DNA from: Amoebophrya sp. A120
Lineage: Eukaryota; Protista; Dinoflagellata
NCBI GenBank assembly: GCA_905178155.1
Contig: CAJINV010000014.1
Location: 592,116-656,115, forward strand
Reading direction: 5' to 3'
Length of the DNA stretch: 64,000 bases
The notes beneath the pieces were generated by a model that worked only from the letters and a program-made list of their open reading frames with translations, was not told the DNA's origin and did not search any database. Of the stretch, positions 49,601-61,600 are shown piece by piece. The first letter of the stretch is position 1. Each line of letters opens with the position of its first letter. Both the position numbers and the translations under genes were made by a program.

Positions 49601-52600
49601 CATGCTGCTGCTGCTGCTGTGCCTGCAGTGAAGTCGACCCCCCTGGCTGACGCTATGGAATGTTGCAACACTGCAGCCCGCCTGCTCGCAAGGGAGTTTC
49701 TATTGCAGGAGGGAGAGATAAAGAACATCGCGGTGCTACAAGGGCGCAATCATGGATGCAGTCCACTGCTGCTGGTGTACTAGTTTCGATTAGCGGATAA
49801 AGACAAATTTGTTCAAGGCAAAAGTGGTTTTTGAGGCGGCCTCGCAAAGAAATGCAACGAGTGTGGTTTGAAGTTCTTCTTCCAAGCGCCTTGTACAGAA
49901 TTGAAAGAGAAGAACGAACTTCGCGCACGTCATCAAAAACGCAAGAAACTCGTTTCAGGCGGACTTTTTTGTTCTCACCTCCCTTGCATATTACGTGCGT
50001 ACCGCGAGACAAGAGCCCGCTGCTGGTCGGCGTCTCACCACCGGTGTCCTCATCCCCATGCGCGGCGGGGCTGAGCGGCGGGCTTAGATTGTCAGTCGGC
50101 GTGCCGTGGTGGAACGTGTTTCCTCCACCGGCACCGGGGACAAGGAGCCCGCCCCGGAGCTGGCCCGCCACCCGCTGCGGCCCGACGCTCTTGTCTATCG
50201 TAAGAAAAAACTGTTTCACTGTAAGGATTTTGCAAGAAGTTTTGCATTACACATTACAAAGAAAACTTGCCATGCAAGGATCCTAAGGGAAAACATCCCT
50301 AAAAATGACTTGTCTTGCATGTGTAGCAAGACAAACACTTCAATGATTTTTTTCTTATAAAAATTACTAACAAAAGACAAACATCACTTCGATGATGCGT
50401 TTTCTGCATCACAAGTTCACAGTGAAACAGTTTTTTCGCACGATATTGTCCTCCTCGTCTGCGCTGTCCTCCTCGCTGCTGATGTGGTAGTTGACTTCTT
50501 CTTATCAAATGTAAAAATGTCTGGGTCTGGAAGATTGCCAGGTTTGTCATGCACATTTTTTATGACTCCTGATGTCTGTGATGCATGCCCTAGCGTCACA
50601 GATTTTGTGAGGGCTTCCTGATGCCTATACTGCATGACAAATGCTCACTCCGTGTAGCAAAACTTGGACTCTCTTTGCTGCTCATGCAATACAGATTTTT
50701 TTAGAATCCAAAACCAGCATGACAAGTTGGATTCTTCCAGACCCAGACATTTTTACAGTTGATACTTCTGGCCCCGTCTCGTGGTCGAACTGGCGAGCAT
50801 TTAGGCCTTGCGCTCCCCCGGCGGGCAGTTGCACCTTGAACTTCGTGATTCCCAGGCGCGACGCCCGGTTCTGCAGCGCGGAAACCGGCGGGCTGGTTTG
50901 ACCACCACGCTCCTGTGATCCGTCTTTCTTGGTCTTCGGAGATGTTATGCCACCGATCTTCAAGCTACTCCCGAAGGTACTCCCCGCACCGAATCGATTG
51001 TTTCCTATGCCAGATGACAGATCAGAGGTACCTCCAAAAGAAGATGCCTCGACTACATGATCATACTTCTTGTGCTCGATTACGTTTCCATCGCCGTCCA
51101 CCTCTTCGCCCCATTCATTGTACTTGCTCTATGGAGGGAAGATTCTCAAACGTTGCAACATTCATTGATGTTCAACATTGCCCGCTTATTTATACATGAT
51201 TTTTTGCCACGCAGAACCACTATCAAACCCCCCACGCGATCAACTTCAACCTACTTACCTCGCATGGCAAAAAGCTCTTCCTGACGAGGCGCTCGATCAT
51301 ACTAGCATGGCAATCCGCGCCAGGTTTATATATGCGAGAGGCGCGAACTCCCCGCCTTCGCTTTTGCTATTCTTGCATTGTAAATTCATGCATGCAGGTA
51401 ATATCAGTGTGAGTAGTACCGTTTGAAGAGAACTCCATATGGTCTCTGGCTCCTCTTTCTGCAGCAAACTCGCCCTTCGAGCGGCGGCCGCGGGCTATTC
51501 CGTGAAAATCAACCGCCTTCAGCAACCAACTTCTCATGCAAAACATGGATTAAAGTCGACTTTTGTCATGCAAACATTGGATGGGAATCGTCAATTTTCA
51601 CGGAATACGGGCGGCAAGCGGCTGATCCGCTTCGGAACGACGGCTGACGAAGACGAAGATCCAGTTAATACAACTCCACCATCAATTGTCGGGCCTGCTG
51701 GTGCTGCTCCTCCTGCCGGGGTCGCGTCATCTCCTTCATCTTCGTCTTTCATGCCCGACCAAGGGACTGCTCCCGAAGAAGAGGAGCTGCCAGCGGAGGC
51801 CGACCGGAGGTTGAGATGAGCCTCCATTTGGAGGTCCTCCTGCGTGTCAACAAGAACACCACCTTGTTGTCCATCGACGGGATCACGACCTCCAGATCTT
51901 GCGGCACCTCCAGAGGGAACACTGACAAGATGGTCGCGCATTACCCGTTCCACTTGTCGGGCAGCGCCCCTCGACGAAATCTTCTTCTTCGAGGAAGATT
52001 TTTCGCTACCCTTCGACGTGGTCGAGTTTGACGTCACTTCCGTGCTATGCATTGCAAAAGTATAATCAAGAATCCTCGTACCTACTTGTAGAAATTGCAG
52101 AAGACAATTTTTTCATACAGAAAAAAGGCGATTTGCATATGCTGCTTTCCTTTAGACCGTTTACCATATTGCTGTCATGCATGTGTTGACTGCGAAACTA
52201 TGATTCTATCGATGCAGTTTTGCAATGGATACGTGCCGCCCAGCGCGTCGAGCTCGTTAATCGACGCAAATTGCGGCAGCATGCCTGCCGGCCCCCGGCT
52301 GCTGCGCGGGCGCGGCGATTCAATGCCCAGCGGGCCGATGCGGCTGTTGCTCGACGTGTGCCTCTGCATGATCTGGTCCTCGTCCTCAGTGCTCGTGGCG
52401 CTGCGATTTCTCTCCAGCGGTGGAACAGCACCGTTGTTCATCAAGAGAGACATCTTGAACGCAAGATCATCCCCATCTACTTGCTGTGACTGCGACCCGC
52501 CCGCGGCCCAAGCTCCAGTCTGAAAACCAACTTGAGTGGATGTTGCAGGAGCCCCAGGTCCTCCTCCTCGCACCGCGCCCGCAGTGGAGCTGCTGTCGAG

Positions 52601-55600
52601 CGGTATCGGCTCGAACACGCGCTCCAGTCGGTGCTGAAAGTGCTCCAAAACGGTCAATTTCCCGCACTTCCGGGAGTGGTCGCGGGTCCTTTCGAACTCG
52701 TCTCCTGTGGAAAAGTATCGCACTCGTACTAATTGCAGATAGGCATGACAAATCCAACTTTCTACCTGAAATAGCATGACAAATTGCATTTTTGCTCTTG
52801 GCAAAATTTGTAATGCAATTTACAGTAGTACGATACTTTTGCAATGCATAACTCGTATTCGAGCTCGATTTCCGTGATTAGAAAGGACATAATGCGAAAG
52901 TCCTGAAAGATCGCCCGCACGCGGTTGCTAGATTTTCCATTCATGACTAGCAGTGTGGAGAGCAGGCGGAGTGTCGCGACTTGAAAGTCAATGATACGGT
53001 CACTGGCGGCCGACGTGGTGGTCACCGGGAAAACTATTCCGCCGGAAGATCTGTAGAGGACACTGTCTTCTAAACAGCAGATCATCCTTGCAGTGCCTGC
53101 ATCTGTTGTCGAGTTGTCCTCCTGCCCTGTTCTTAGGGCCGCCGTCGCGGTGTCTCCATGATCGCCCAGCCCACCACGACTGGCACCACGTTGCATCAGC
53201 TCGTCTGGTCGTTCTCCTAGGCCTGCGGCCGCAGCACTACTATCCGTTGCTCCACCAGCTGCTTTCAGCAATCCGTCTTCTGTTGGAAATCCTCCTCTCG
53301 ACGGCGTCCCTGCCTCCGCCAGTCGTAAATACGCGGTTTGAAAAGTCAGGTATGCAAACTTGACGACATTTCGCAGCAAAAAGTCCCACTCATCGACCTC
53401 TTCGCCCTCGGCATTTGTCGTGTGCACCGTTTGGTAAAGAAGATGTTCTTGCGTAGAAGTTCTTTCTTGTAGGTCTCCTCCTGCAGCAGGAGCTCCCGTC
53501 TTGGTGTTGTGTACTCCACCTGCAATGCCAGCAGAGCTGCTGTCGTGACCACAGACGGCGAATTGGAGGACTTCAGGAATATCACACTCCTCGATGGAAC
53601 GGGGGGTCATGGGAGATTTGATATTTGCAGCAGAGGTGGACTGCAGGAGCGGCTCGCTGGTGTAGGTGTCGTTCTCTTCGTTAGATGAACTTTGGTTGTC
53701 CTTTTGATGTCCTAGGGAAAATGTTCTTGAGGCACCTCCGTAATTCATCTCGCTTTCATCGACGTCTGCACGTCCACTCCGACTCCTCCGTGAGGCTTGT
53801 TGCCCAGCTCCTGGTGGGCTGTTAGTCGGGGGTGGTATTTTTTTCCCCGCAGGTGCTGTACTAGATGTTTGGCTGCCCCGGTTGTATAAAGGTGTCCCGT
53901 AGTTGTTGTTCTTTGAGAGCAGAACGAAGTCCCCCTCCGAAATGTTTTTATGACAGCCAAGCGCCGCAAACAAGCAGCGCTGGAGGTCCAGATACTCCAA
54001 GGCGAACGCCGTCATTTGTCTTTTTCGCACGATAACCTGACACACGTAAGTGTCGAGGATGGAGCCGAGGATAGGAGGTTTGATATGATCTTCATCGACA
54101 TTGTTTTTACGGCTTTCACTTTGGTCGGCATTTCTTCTATTCCAGTTGTCGGTCTTCTTGTTTATCTTTTCTCCCAAAGGAACATCAGCAGAAAAACTCC
54201 CGTACTGTGGTCCGCCGAACAAGTTCGCCGCTTTTTTCAAGGCCGTCGCGGCAGAAAATCCTGGCGCGGTTTGTAGCAACCTGTTCGTAAAAGACGCAGG
54301 GTGGAAAAGCTGCGTTGCTCTTCTTGTTTCCGTACTAAAAACACCCCCGGTCGTCGTGGGATGAAATGCTGCGGCAGGATCTTCATCAACACCGCCGCCA
54401 CTGCGGGCACTAGCAGCTGTCAGCCCGCCTGGTGCAGAATGATCACCCTTCATCTGCTGTTGACCACCGCCTCCAGGACCTTCTACAAAATGTTGGCCGC
54501 TTTGCAGCAGTTCCTGCTGTCCACTAGTTTTCATGGTTCCAGATGACACAGGTCCCGAATAGAAGTAACCCGATTCATCTGCTAGCGTTGTTGTGAGAAA
54601 TAGTCCGGGTTGCAGGAAAAACCGCATGTAATCCTCGTCCGAAAAGAGGAAGCACCAGTTCCAGAGCTCGGTAATTTGTGAAAGGCGAAAATCATCCGTG
54701 TTCTCACTTGGCGATTTTCCACCTGCAGATGATCGTCCAGCCGCAGATGATAAGGCCCCAGAACTCGCGCACTCCACCAGAAACTCCGTCACGCTGCGTA
54801 AGAAGGTAAAAAACTTACCCACGACATCGATCGGAACGTCCCACGACTCTTCATAGGCCGGGCCGTACGGACGAGACGAGCGTTGAGCAGTGGAAGTGCC
54901 GTCTCTACAACTCGCTTTGTAGTTCGTAGAAGCACCGATGTCCTTCTGGCCTTTTTCTTCTCTGCACTCGTCTGCGCTTGTACTACCTCCAAGCCCGCCA
55001 CCAGTGGACGAACTCCTGCTGCCCTCGTTGCCGCTTCCTTGCTCCGCCACGGTACCTCCCCCGGAGCTATTTTTCATCGTGGATGGAAAGTAAAGATCTT
55101 CCTCCAGGTTAAGTTTCACGCCAGAGAGCGATCCCCGAGTAGAAGCGCAGCCCGAGGAGGAACCGATGCTCCCCATGCTAGCAGCGGTCCCGGGGCGGGT
55201 AACATGGTCTTGGTGATCATGCTGGTCAATCTTCATAGTATCTGCTTCCATCGTCCGCACGCCAGATTTGCCACGTTTTAGATCCTCAGAAGCGGCCTCG
55301 ACTTTCCTCACATGCTCCACCGCTTCCTGGCCCGCCTCAAAAATCTCTCGGGCCAGGTTTTCCATACCGTGCAAGCCGCCACCAATTTCCTGCACGGCGC
55401 ACTCCAAAACGTCATGAACCAAATGCAGCATCGGAGTCGGGAAAAGAAGGGCAACCAGGTCGAGCGCCATTTTTGCCGTCGATCTAGTACGGCGGTGGTC
55501 ACCAGAAGTTGTGGACGTGGTTTTTGTCGTGAGAAATACCTCACTCGCTGCGACGCTGTAGCTGATTACCAAGAATTCGAACGCGTTCCAATCCTTTCTG

Positions 55601-58600
55601 GACGGTGCATCGCACTTATCCAGCAGAAATTCGCGAATGCTCGTGAACAGCGGTAAAAGCTGCATTTTAGATGAATTTGCAGTGGAACTACCACCGGCAC
55701 AATTCTGACCAGAAGAGCTATTATAGCCACCACAGGACGCATAATAATGCGTCAAAACCTCGAGTAGATAGCCCAGACGGTAGAGTAAGGCTTTCTTCGG
55801 CGCGGCAACTCGTCCGAAAGTCAGCCGTTTTTTGTAAAAGTGGCTGTTCAACATCTTGCTTGTCGTCGTAAAACCTTTCGAAGACGTCGTTCTTGTGCCT
55901 CGGCTCCGGCCGCGCTCTGGTAGATTGTCGTCTTCGCGACTTCTCGTACTTCTTGCAGAAGGATTGTCGTGGTCAACATCTGGAAAAACTTCAACTTCGT
56001 CTAGTTCGCGCAACAGATTTAGTACCGTTGTGATGTTCTCACAAAGGATTTGCAGAAACCGGGCTTCAGGGCCAAAAGCGAATAAAGCGCGCGGCCCCAT
56101 TTGCAGTCCAATTTTTATCCCAGAACTCGTCGTTGAAGAGGACGTCGGCAGGTGGGGAGACGAAATGACTGTGGCTGCGGCTACGTCTTTCGATGTTCGT
56201 GCAGCTCCGATCTGCAACAGTTTCCAGCAACAACTCTTCGCTAATTCCGCAGCATGCGCTGCAACAAAAAAATCATCCACTTGTTCTGTGCAGCTGGATA
56301 TAGACGCTATTCCCGCCGACTGACAATTCCCCAGTTCCTGTTGCGCCTTCGATTTTTTCGATATCAAGACGTGATCGGTCTTCAGCCCCGGACTCGCGCC
56401 GTCCAGAAGTGCGTAGAGCTTCGAAAAGCCGAAGTCTCCTGCTGCAATAGTGGAACAACTTGTCGCGCTGTTCGCACTACACGTCCCTGCCGCGTCGGAG
56501 GACACTCTGCAGCCGCTTCCAGTGATCTGCACGTTAAGTAGATACCACGCAATCAGCTGTGCCGGAATTTTGTTTGTATTGCACAAAAGAACCCCAGATG
56601 AAGATGACTCGTCGTGGTCGTCCAAACCTGACATCTCCTCGCAGACGAAAAGCAACAACTGCGAGATCTGTGCCAGCAAAACCGGCAACGCGGCTGCAGT
56701 CTGCTCGTTGTGCAGGTGGTTCGTGGAGGAAAGCTGGGACAGACTATCTTGATGATTGCCGACGAAGTCTTCACGTGTTTTATTTCTATCGGGCTTTTGA
56801 TGATTCCTCGGCGAGAACGGGGACGAGCCGGCTGTGGTTATAGCCTTTCGACTCGAAGTAGTAGATCCACCACCTCGAAGCTGCCCAGCACTTGTTGTGT
56901 CAGGAATCTGCCTCGAAGCTGCGACCACTTCCCCCGGAATGAGCCCGGTAATTGGCAGCGGAATGTCGGCGAAGAGGATATCGGAGAGACTTTCGAGCGC
57001 CAGCGGTGTTTCGGGCTGTACTTCTGTGTTTTCTCGTCCTGTGTGAGCTGGCTCGATTTCTTCACCGAAGTCATTTTTTGGGTGGTTGTGCGGCCCGTTC
57101 CTCGTTGCACAACTTGGTAAAAATTCTTCCCGATCATACAACTCATAGAAGTTGCGTCCTCCAAAATCATTATCCAGCCCACCAGCATACGCATCCGCTC
57201 CCCGCCCCGATGAAGACAGCAGAACCCCCTGCACCAATTTCTGTTCCAAAGCAGCCCCAATTTTCGCGAGATGATTCCGCGCAGACATCATCATGAGCGT
57301 AGCGTTCGCAACGCCGCCGCCGCCGCTGCCCGCGCTCCCCTCCGAGGCCGCGCTCCGCGCCGAGGCAAACAAGGACTCCTCCTTCGCGGCGCGGTTCACC
57401 TTGTTCTGCAACAACTCTAGCATGAATTCTTTGTCTTTCACCCGTTTCGGGTTGGACAGCGAGGTTCGCAACAGCTCCTGGTGCGCGATTACCTTCTTTC
57501 TCATGGCAATTTTCTTTCGCTTCTCGTCCAACCTTATCCTGACCAAAAACGTGGTCCCCCCCGTCATGCAGCTTTGTAGTTACAGGGAGAAACATCACTT
57601 GTAATGCACAACGACAACCCCTGTTGGCAGTTGCATGAGAACCACTTTCTGTCGTGGTGATGATGTTTTGGCATCTGTAAATAAATGCTGCAAACAGGAT
57701 AAGCCACCGGCTCTGCGAAGATGCGGCTAGCCCTAGCCTTGCTAATGCCTAAGACTACAATACAGAGAAAGGAGAAACTTGTCAACACGCGTGACTTCCA
57801 AAATTTCTGGATACTTATGCGTTGCAGAGTTCTTCCCCGCCGAGTCACTGTGCTTTATTTTTTGGGGGCGTTTTTTACACTCAGGATAGCCTTGACGTCC
57901 GTCGTCACTTTGGACACCAAGTCCATGTTGCGCGCAAAGAATTCCGACGCGCCGGCCTGCGCGAGACTGGACAGTAGATCTCTCGAAGAAGCCGGAATGG
58001 AAGCGAAAAAGGTGTCAGATTCTATTTGGTGAAGATTGTTGTAGTGGTCCATGGTGCAGCTGCTCTCGGCAGCGACCCCTCGTCTACCGGTATCGTGGTT
58101 CGTACTCCCGGACAGTGGTGGCCCAAGATGTTGTTGAGCGTGAGGATCTACTAGTACTTCCCTACTGCTATTAAGTGAGCCTCCCCTTGCGCTGTGGTAC
58201 TTACTCATGCTGGCCCAACTCTGCGGCGTCATGGGTGGCGTCCGAGCGCTGGCGGTTGAGGAATGAAAGTTGTTGTTCACCACCGCCCTAGAACCGGCAG
58301 AATGATGTTCTACTTCTCGACCAGACAATAAGCCAGCACTTGTAGTTGTTGCCATCCTCGGTAAACTGTGCACCCGGCTGCCGACCAGACCAACAGTCGA
58401 CGACGTCCTTGTGCTCGAATAGGGCATGGGTGACCGGCTGGACAACCGACTCCCGTGCTTGCCATGCGGGGTCCTTTGCCGCGAGGACCGGCTCCGTTTC
58501 GAGGACTGCTGCTTCAAACTCGCCAGATCCAGTGGCTTCAACGCAATTTTGTTGGACTGTAGCGTGCTGGTGGTGCTCTGGGGTCGGTCACTCGCGCCAC

Positions 58601-61600
58601 CGCTCATGATGTCCACCTCGCTGTGCGGTTCTTTTGAGTTGTTTGATGTTGTTCTGTGGGATGGCGCGGCCGAGAGCGGCGCAGCAGGTGCATTTAGGTC
58701 GACATCGAGATCAACGACCCCAGGACGAGGACGAGAGTGCCCGCCCGAAGCCTGCAGACTCGAGGAGCGTGCCGGGTGCGGATGCTGGGAGGAGGAGGTC
58801 GCGGAGAGCTGCAATCCTGGAACGATGTTTGGCTTGGAAGAGCCTTTCTTGGATGAATTAGATTGCCTTATTTCCTGTTGCTGACCATCAATAGGAGAAT
58901 CGTCGCCCGGTTCGGCAGTGTCGACATTTTGATTACCAGATGCTGACGCAACGTAGTACTTGCTCTCGCTTGCTGTGCGCCGCGAAAAGGAGTTTGTAGG
59001 TCCTGTGGCACCTTTCTTCCTCGTGGTCCCTTCATCCTTGTCTTTGCTCCGGTTGCTCTTATTCGTCCGCTCCAGGTTGTCGTAATTGGAAATCGTGGTC
59101 CCAGGCGTTTCCGTGTCGTGCTGTCCGGAGGACGCAGACGAGCCAACACCACCAGGGTGGCCACCAGCAGCACCACGACTTGCAAGAGCTGTGTTTATTG
59201 TGGTCCTACTCCTACTCCCACTGGTAAAAGGACGTCGAGCGATAGTTTGTGTCGGCGCAGACAAGATCTGCTTCAAGCGGAAGCTAATTTGGTTCTTCAC
59301 CAACCGGTCCTTTTGCTGCATCTCGGCCAAAACTTTCGAAAAATGCAACAGCAAGGTTTCAAACACCTTCGGCGTCTGCGAGTCGTCGATGATGGTCTGT
59401 CTAGCCTCGCGGTCGCGCTCCTGCGGGGGCCGTGATGTAACGAAAGTGGCTGCACCTTGTTGTAGATTTTTCCTTGGCCCTGTTGCAGAAGAATCATCCT
59501 GCTCGCCGTCGTTCCTTCCAAGTTTTTCTTGGTCCTCCTCCTCGTCCTTTGCGATCAAATCGAACTCCAAGCGTTTCGCAAGCAAAAGACGCACGAGGTG
59601 AAAGCGCTTACTCGTACTTTTGCTTCTTGCAGGACAACCTCTCGATCGATCTACGTTGTAGCAGCAGTCACACACCAACAGAAATGCCTCGTATTGCTGG
59701 AGCCACGAGGTTGCGCCGGAAGTCAGCCTTTCCCGGTTACTGCCGATGTTCGAGGCTGTGCTGGAGGTTATTAGCAAAGTGGATGACGATAGTACTCCTG
59801 CTCGTCCCCTTGCTCCTCCAGCGGTGCCAGCAGGTGGTCCCAAGGACGCGGCGGGCGGGGAACTCCCTCCTAGCAGCAGCCCGCCACTTGCTGTAGCTGT
59901 CCTGGTCGTTGATACAAGACCTGCAGCAGCGGAGGACGGTGCAAAAGAAGAAGACCCAGCTCCGGCACTGATTCCGGTTATAGACATGGACTGCAGCAGA
60001 TTTCGGCAGAAATGCGACCAAATCTGCTCGGCCGCTGCGTACTGGTAGTCTTCATCTTCGAGAAAAAGTCGAAACATGTCCAGCAACAACCGGATTTCTT
60101 CGCGTAGACGCTTTTTTCGCTCCCAAGGCGGTAAAGCTTCATTGGGCGCTTCTTCTTTATTTTTACCCTTTTTCTCTTTCTGCGTACCAGTCGGAGGCTG
60201 ATCTTGATCTTGTGCTTTTCGTCCTGCTACCCCAGCATAATTCTTTTGCAGTGCCTTAGCGGCTTCCTCGGTTTTCCTTTCTCGTGGCTCAACCACGGAA
60301 TCTTCACAAAAATCATGGCCCCTTTCAACTAGAAGAACACTCCTACTACAAGCTGCTTCATAACGGTCCCACAAGGCCTGCCGCTTCCCGCGCAACAACT
60401 TGCGCGCTAGCAGCGTCTCGGTAGGCAACGAAAAGTCCGCGTCCGGGCCAAACACCGTCTGCAGCAGCGCATTTGAATCATAATTTTCATTTTGTGCTAT
60501 GTAGGACGATGAATTGCCGCCAGCGTGAACATCATTTTTGGGAGGCGCCACACGACCAAGCGCACCGTCGTCCGCTGTCGTGCCCGGTGGTCCTCCAGCT
60601 CGTTCCGATCTACCGTTGCTCCCGCCTTCTCCTGGTTCGAGGATCAACGTCGTGTCTGCCAGCATGACGGTGCTGTTCAGGTGTAACTGGGTTTCGTCCA
60701 AAAGAAACGTCGCATCCGCGTTGCTGTTCAGCAGGAAACTAGTATTTTCAGCGGCACCAAAGTCGTGGTCTATCGGCGAAGTGGAGGTAGTTCCTAGACT
60801 GGTCTTCGTGTCCTGTTTAGTCAGGGCAGCTGCTGGCGTGATAGAAGGTGAACTGATATTTTGGGAACCAACTGTAGTACCACCTGGTGCTCCCACATTG
60901 TTGATGAAACCAATATCGTGTGCCGCTGCGGAGTTGGGTCTTGAAGACGGCTGCATCTCCAAAGGCGATGAGGGTCTTTCGTCTCGTCTTGCGCGACTAG
61001 AGGGAGTCGCGCCGTTTTTGAGGTCGCCGGTTGTACTATCCAACTTTTTTAACTCGACGCACTTCTCGACCAAAACGTCGAACAGGGTGCGCATTGCGGT
61101 TGCCACGCGAAACAGTGGGCTGTTGGCAATGGCAGACACGCCGTGCTGCTGCTATTCACTGCAAAAGTCTCGCAATCGTATCAATTCAAACAACTGCAGT
61201 CGTGGTCACAAGTTACAAATCGAAGTCTCTCGCCTAAGTAGGAGGTAAATCAGCATTTACAAAAACGAAAACCACTTTTATTCAACTTGCAAAAAATTGC
61301 TCTGCAAATGCAATTCATATTTACGATAGGAGGTGGTCTTGCAATGCATAGCTGCAGGAATATTTTGATTTTCTCCAAGTTCTTCTTGTTTGGCCTATTT
61401 GGCGGTCGCAACAGCGCCTGCAGCTCGATCATTTCGCCCGGGTCCAGCTCCAATTTGTGTTCCTCCTCGAGGTTCTGGTTCATCTTGCCTTGCTCGTACT
61501 TTGCATGCTGCCCACCGCCACCTCCCCCGGGCATTATTATACCAGAAGTTGGCGCGGCGCCATCAGCAGTTGCCAGGCTCGTCATCAACCTGCTGGGTCT

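Noticed and set aside
23580-50770. Recurrent peptides in track ORFs (IKCKNVWV, LPDPDIF, AKVSYSYKC, KNCFTV)
   Set aside because: These are translations of introner TIRs, not a protein repeat family.
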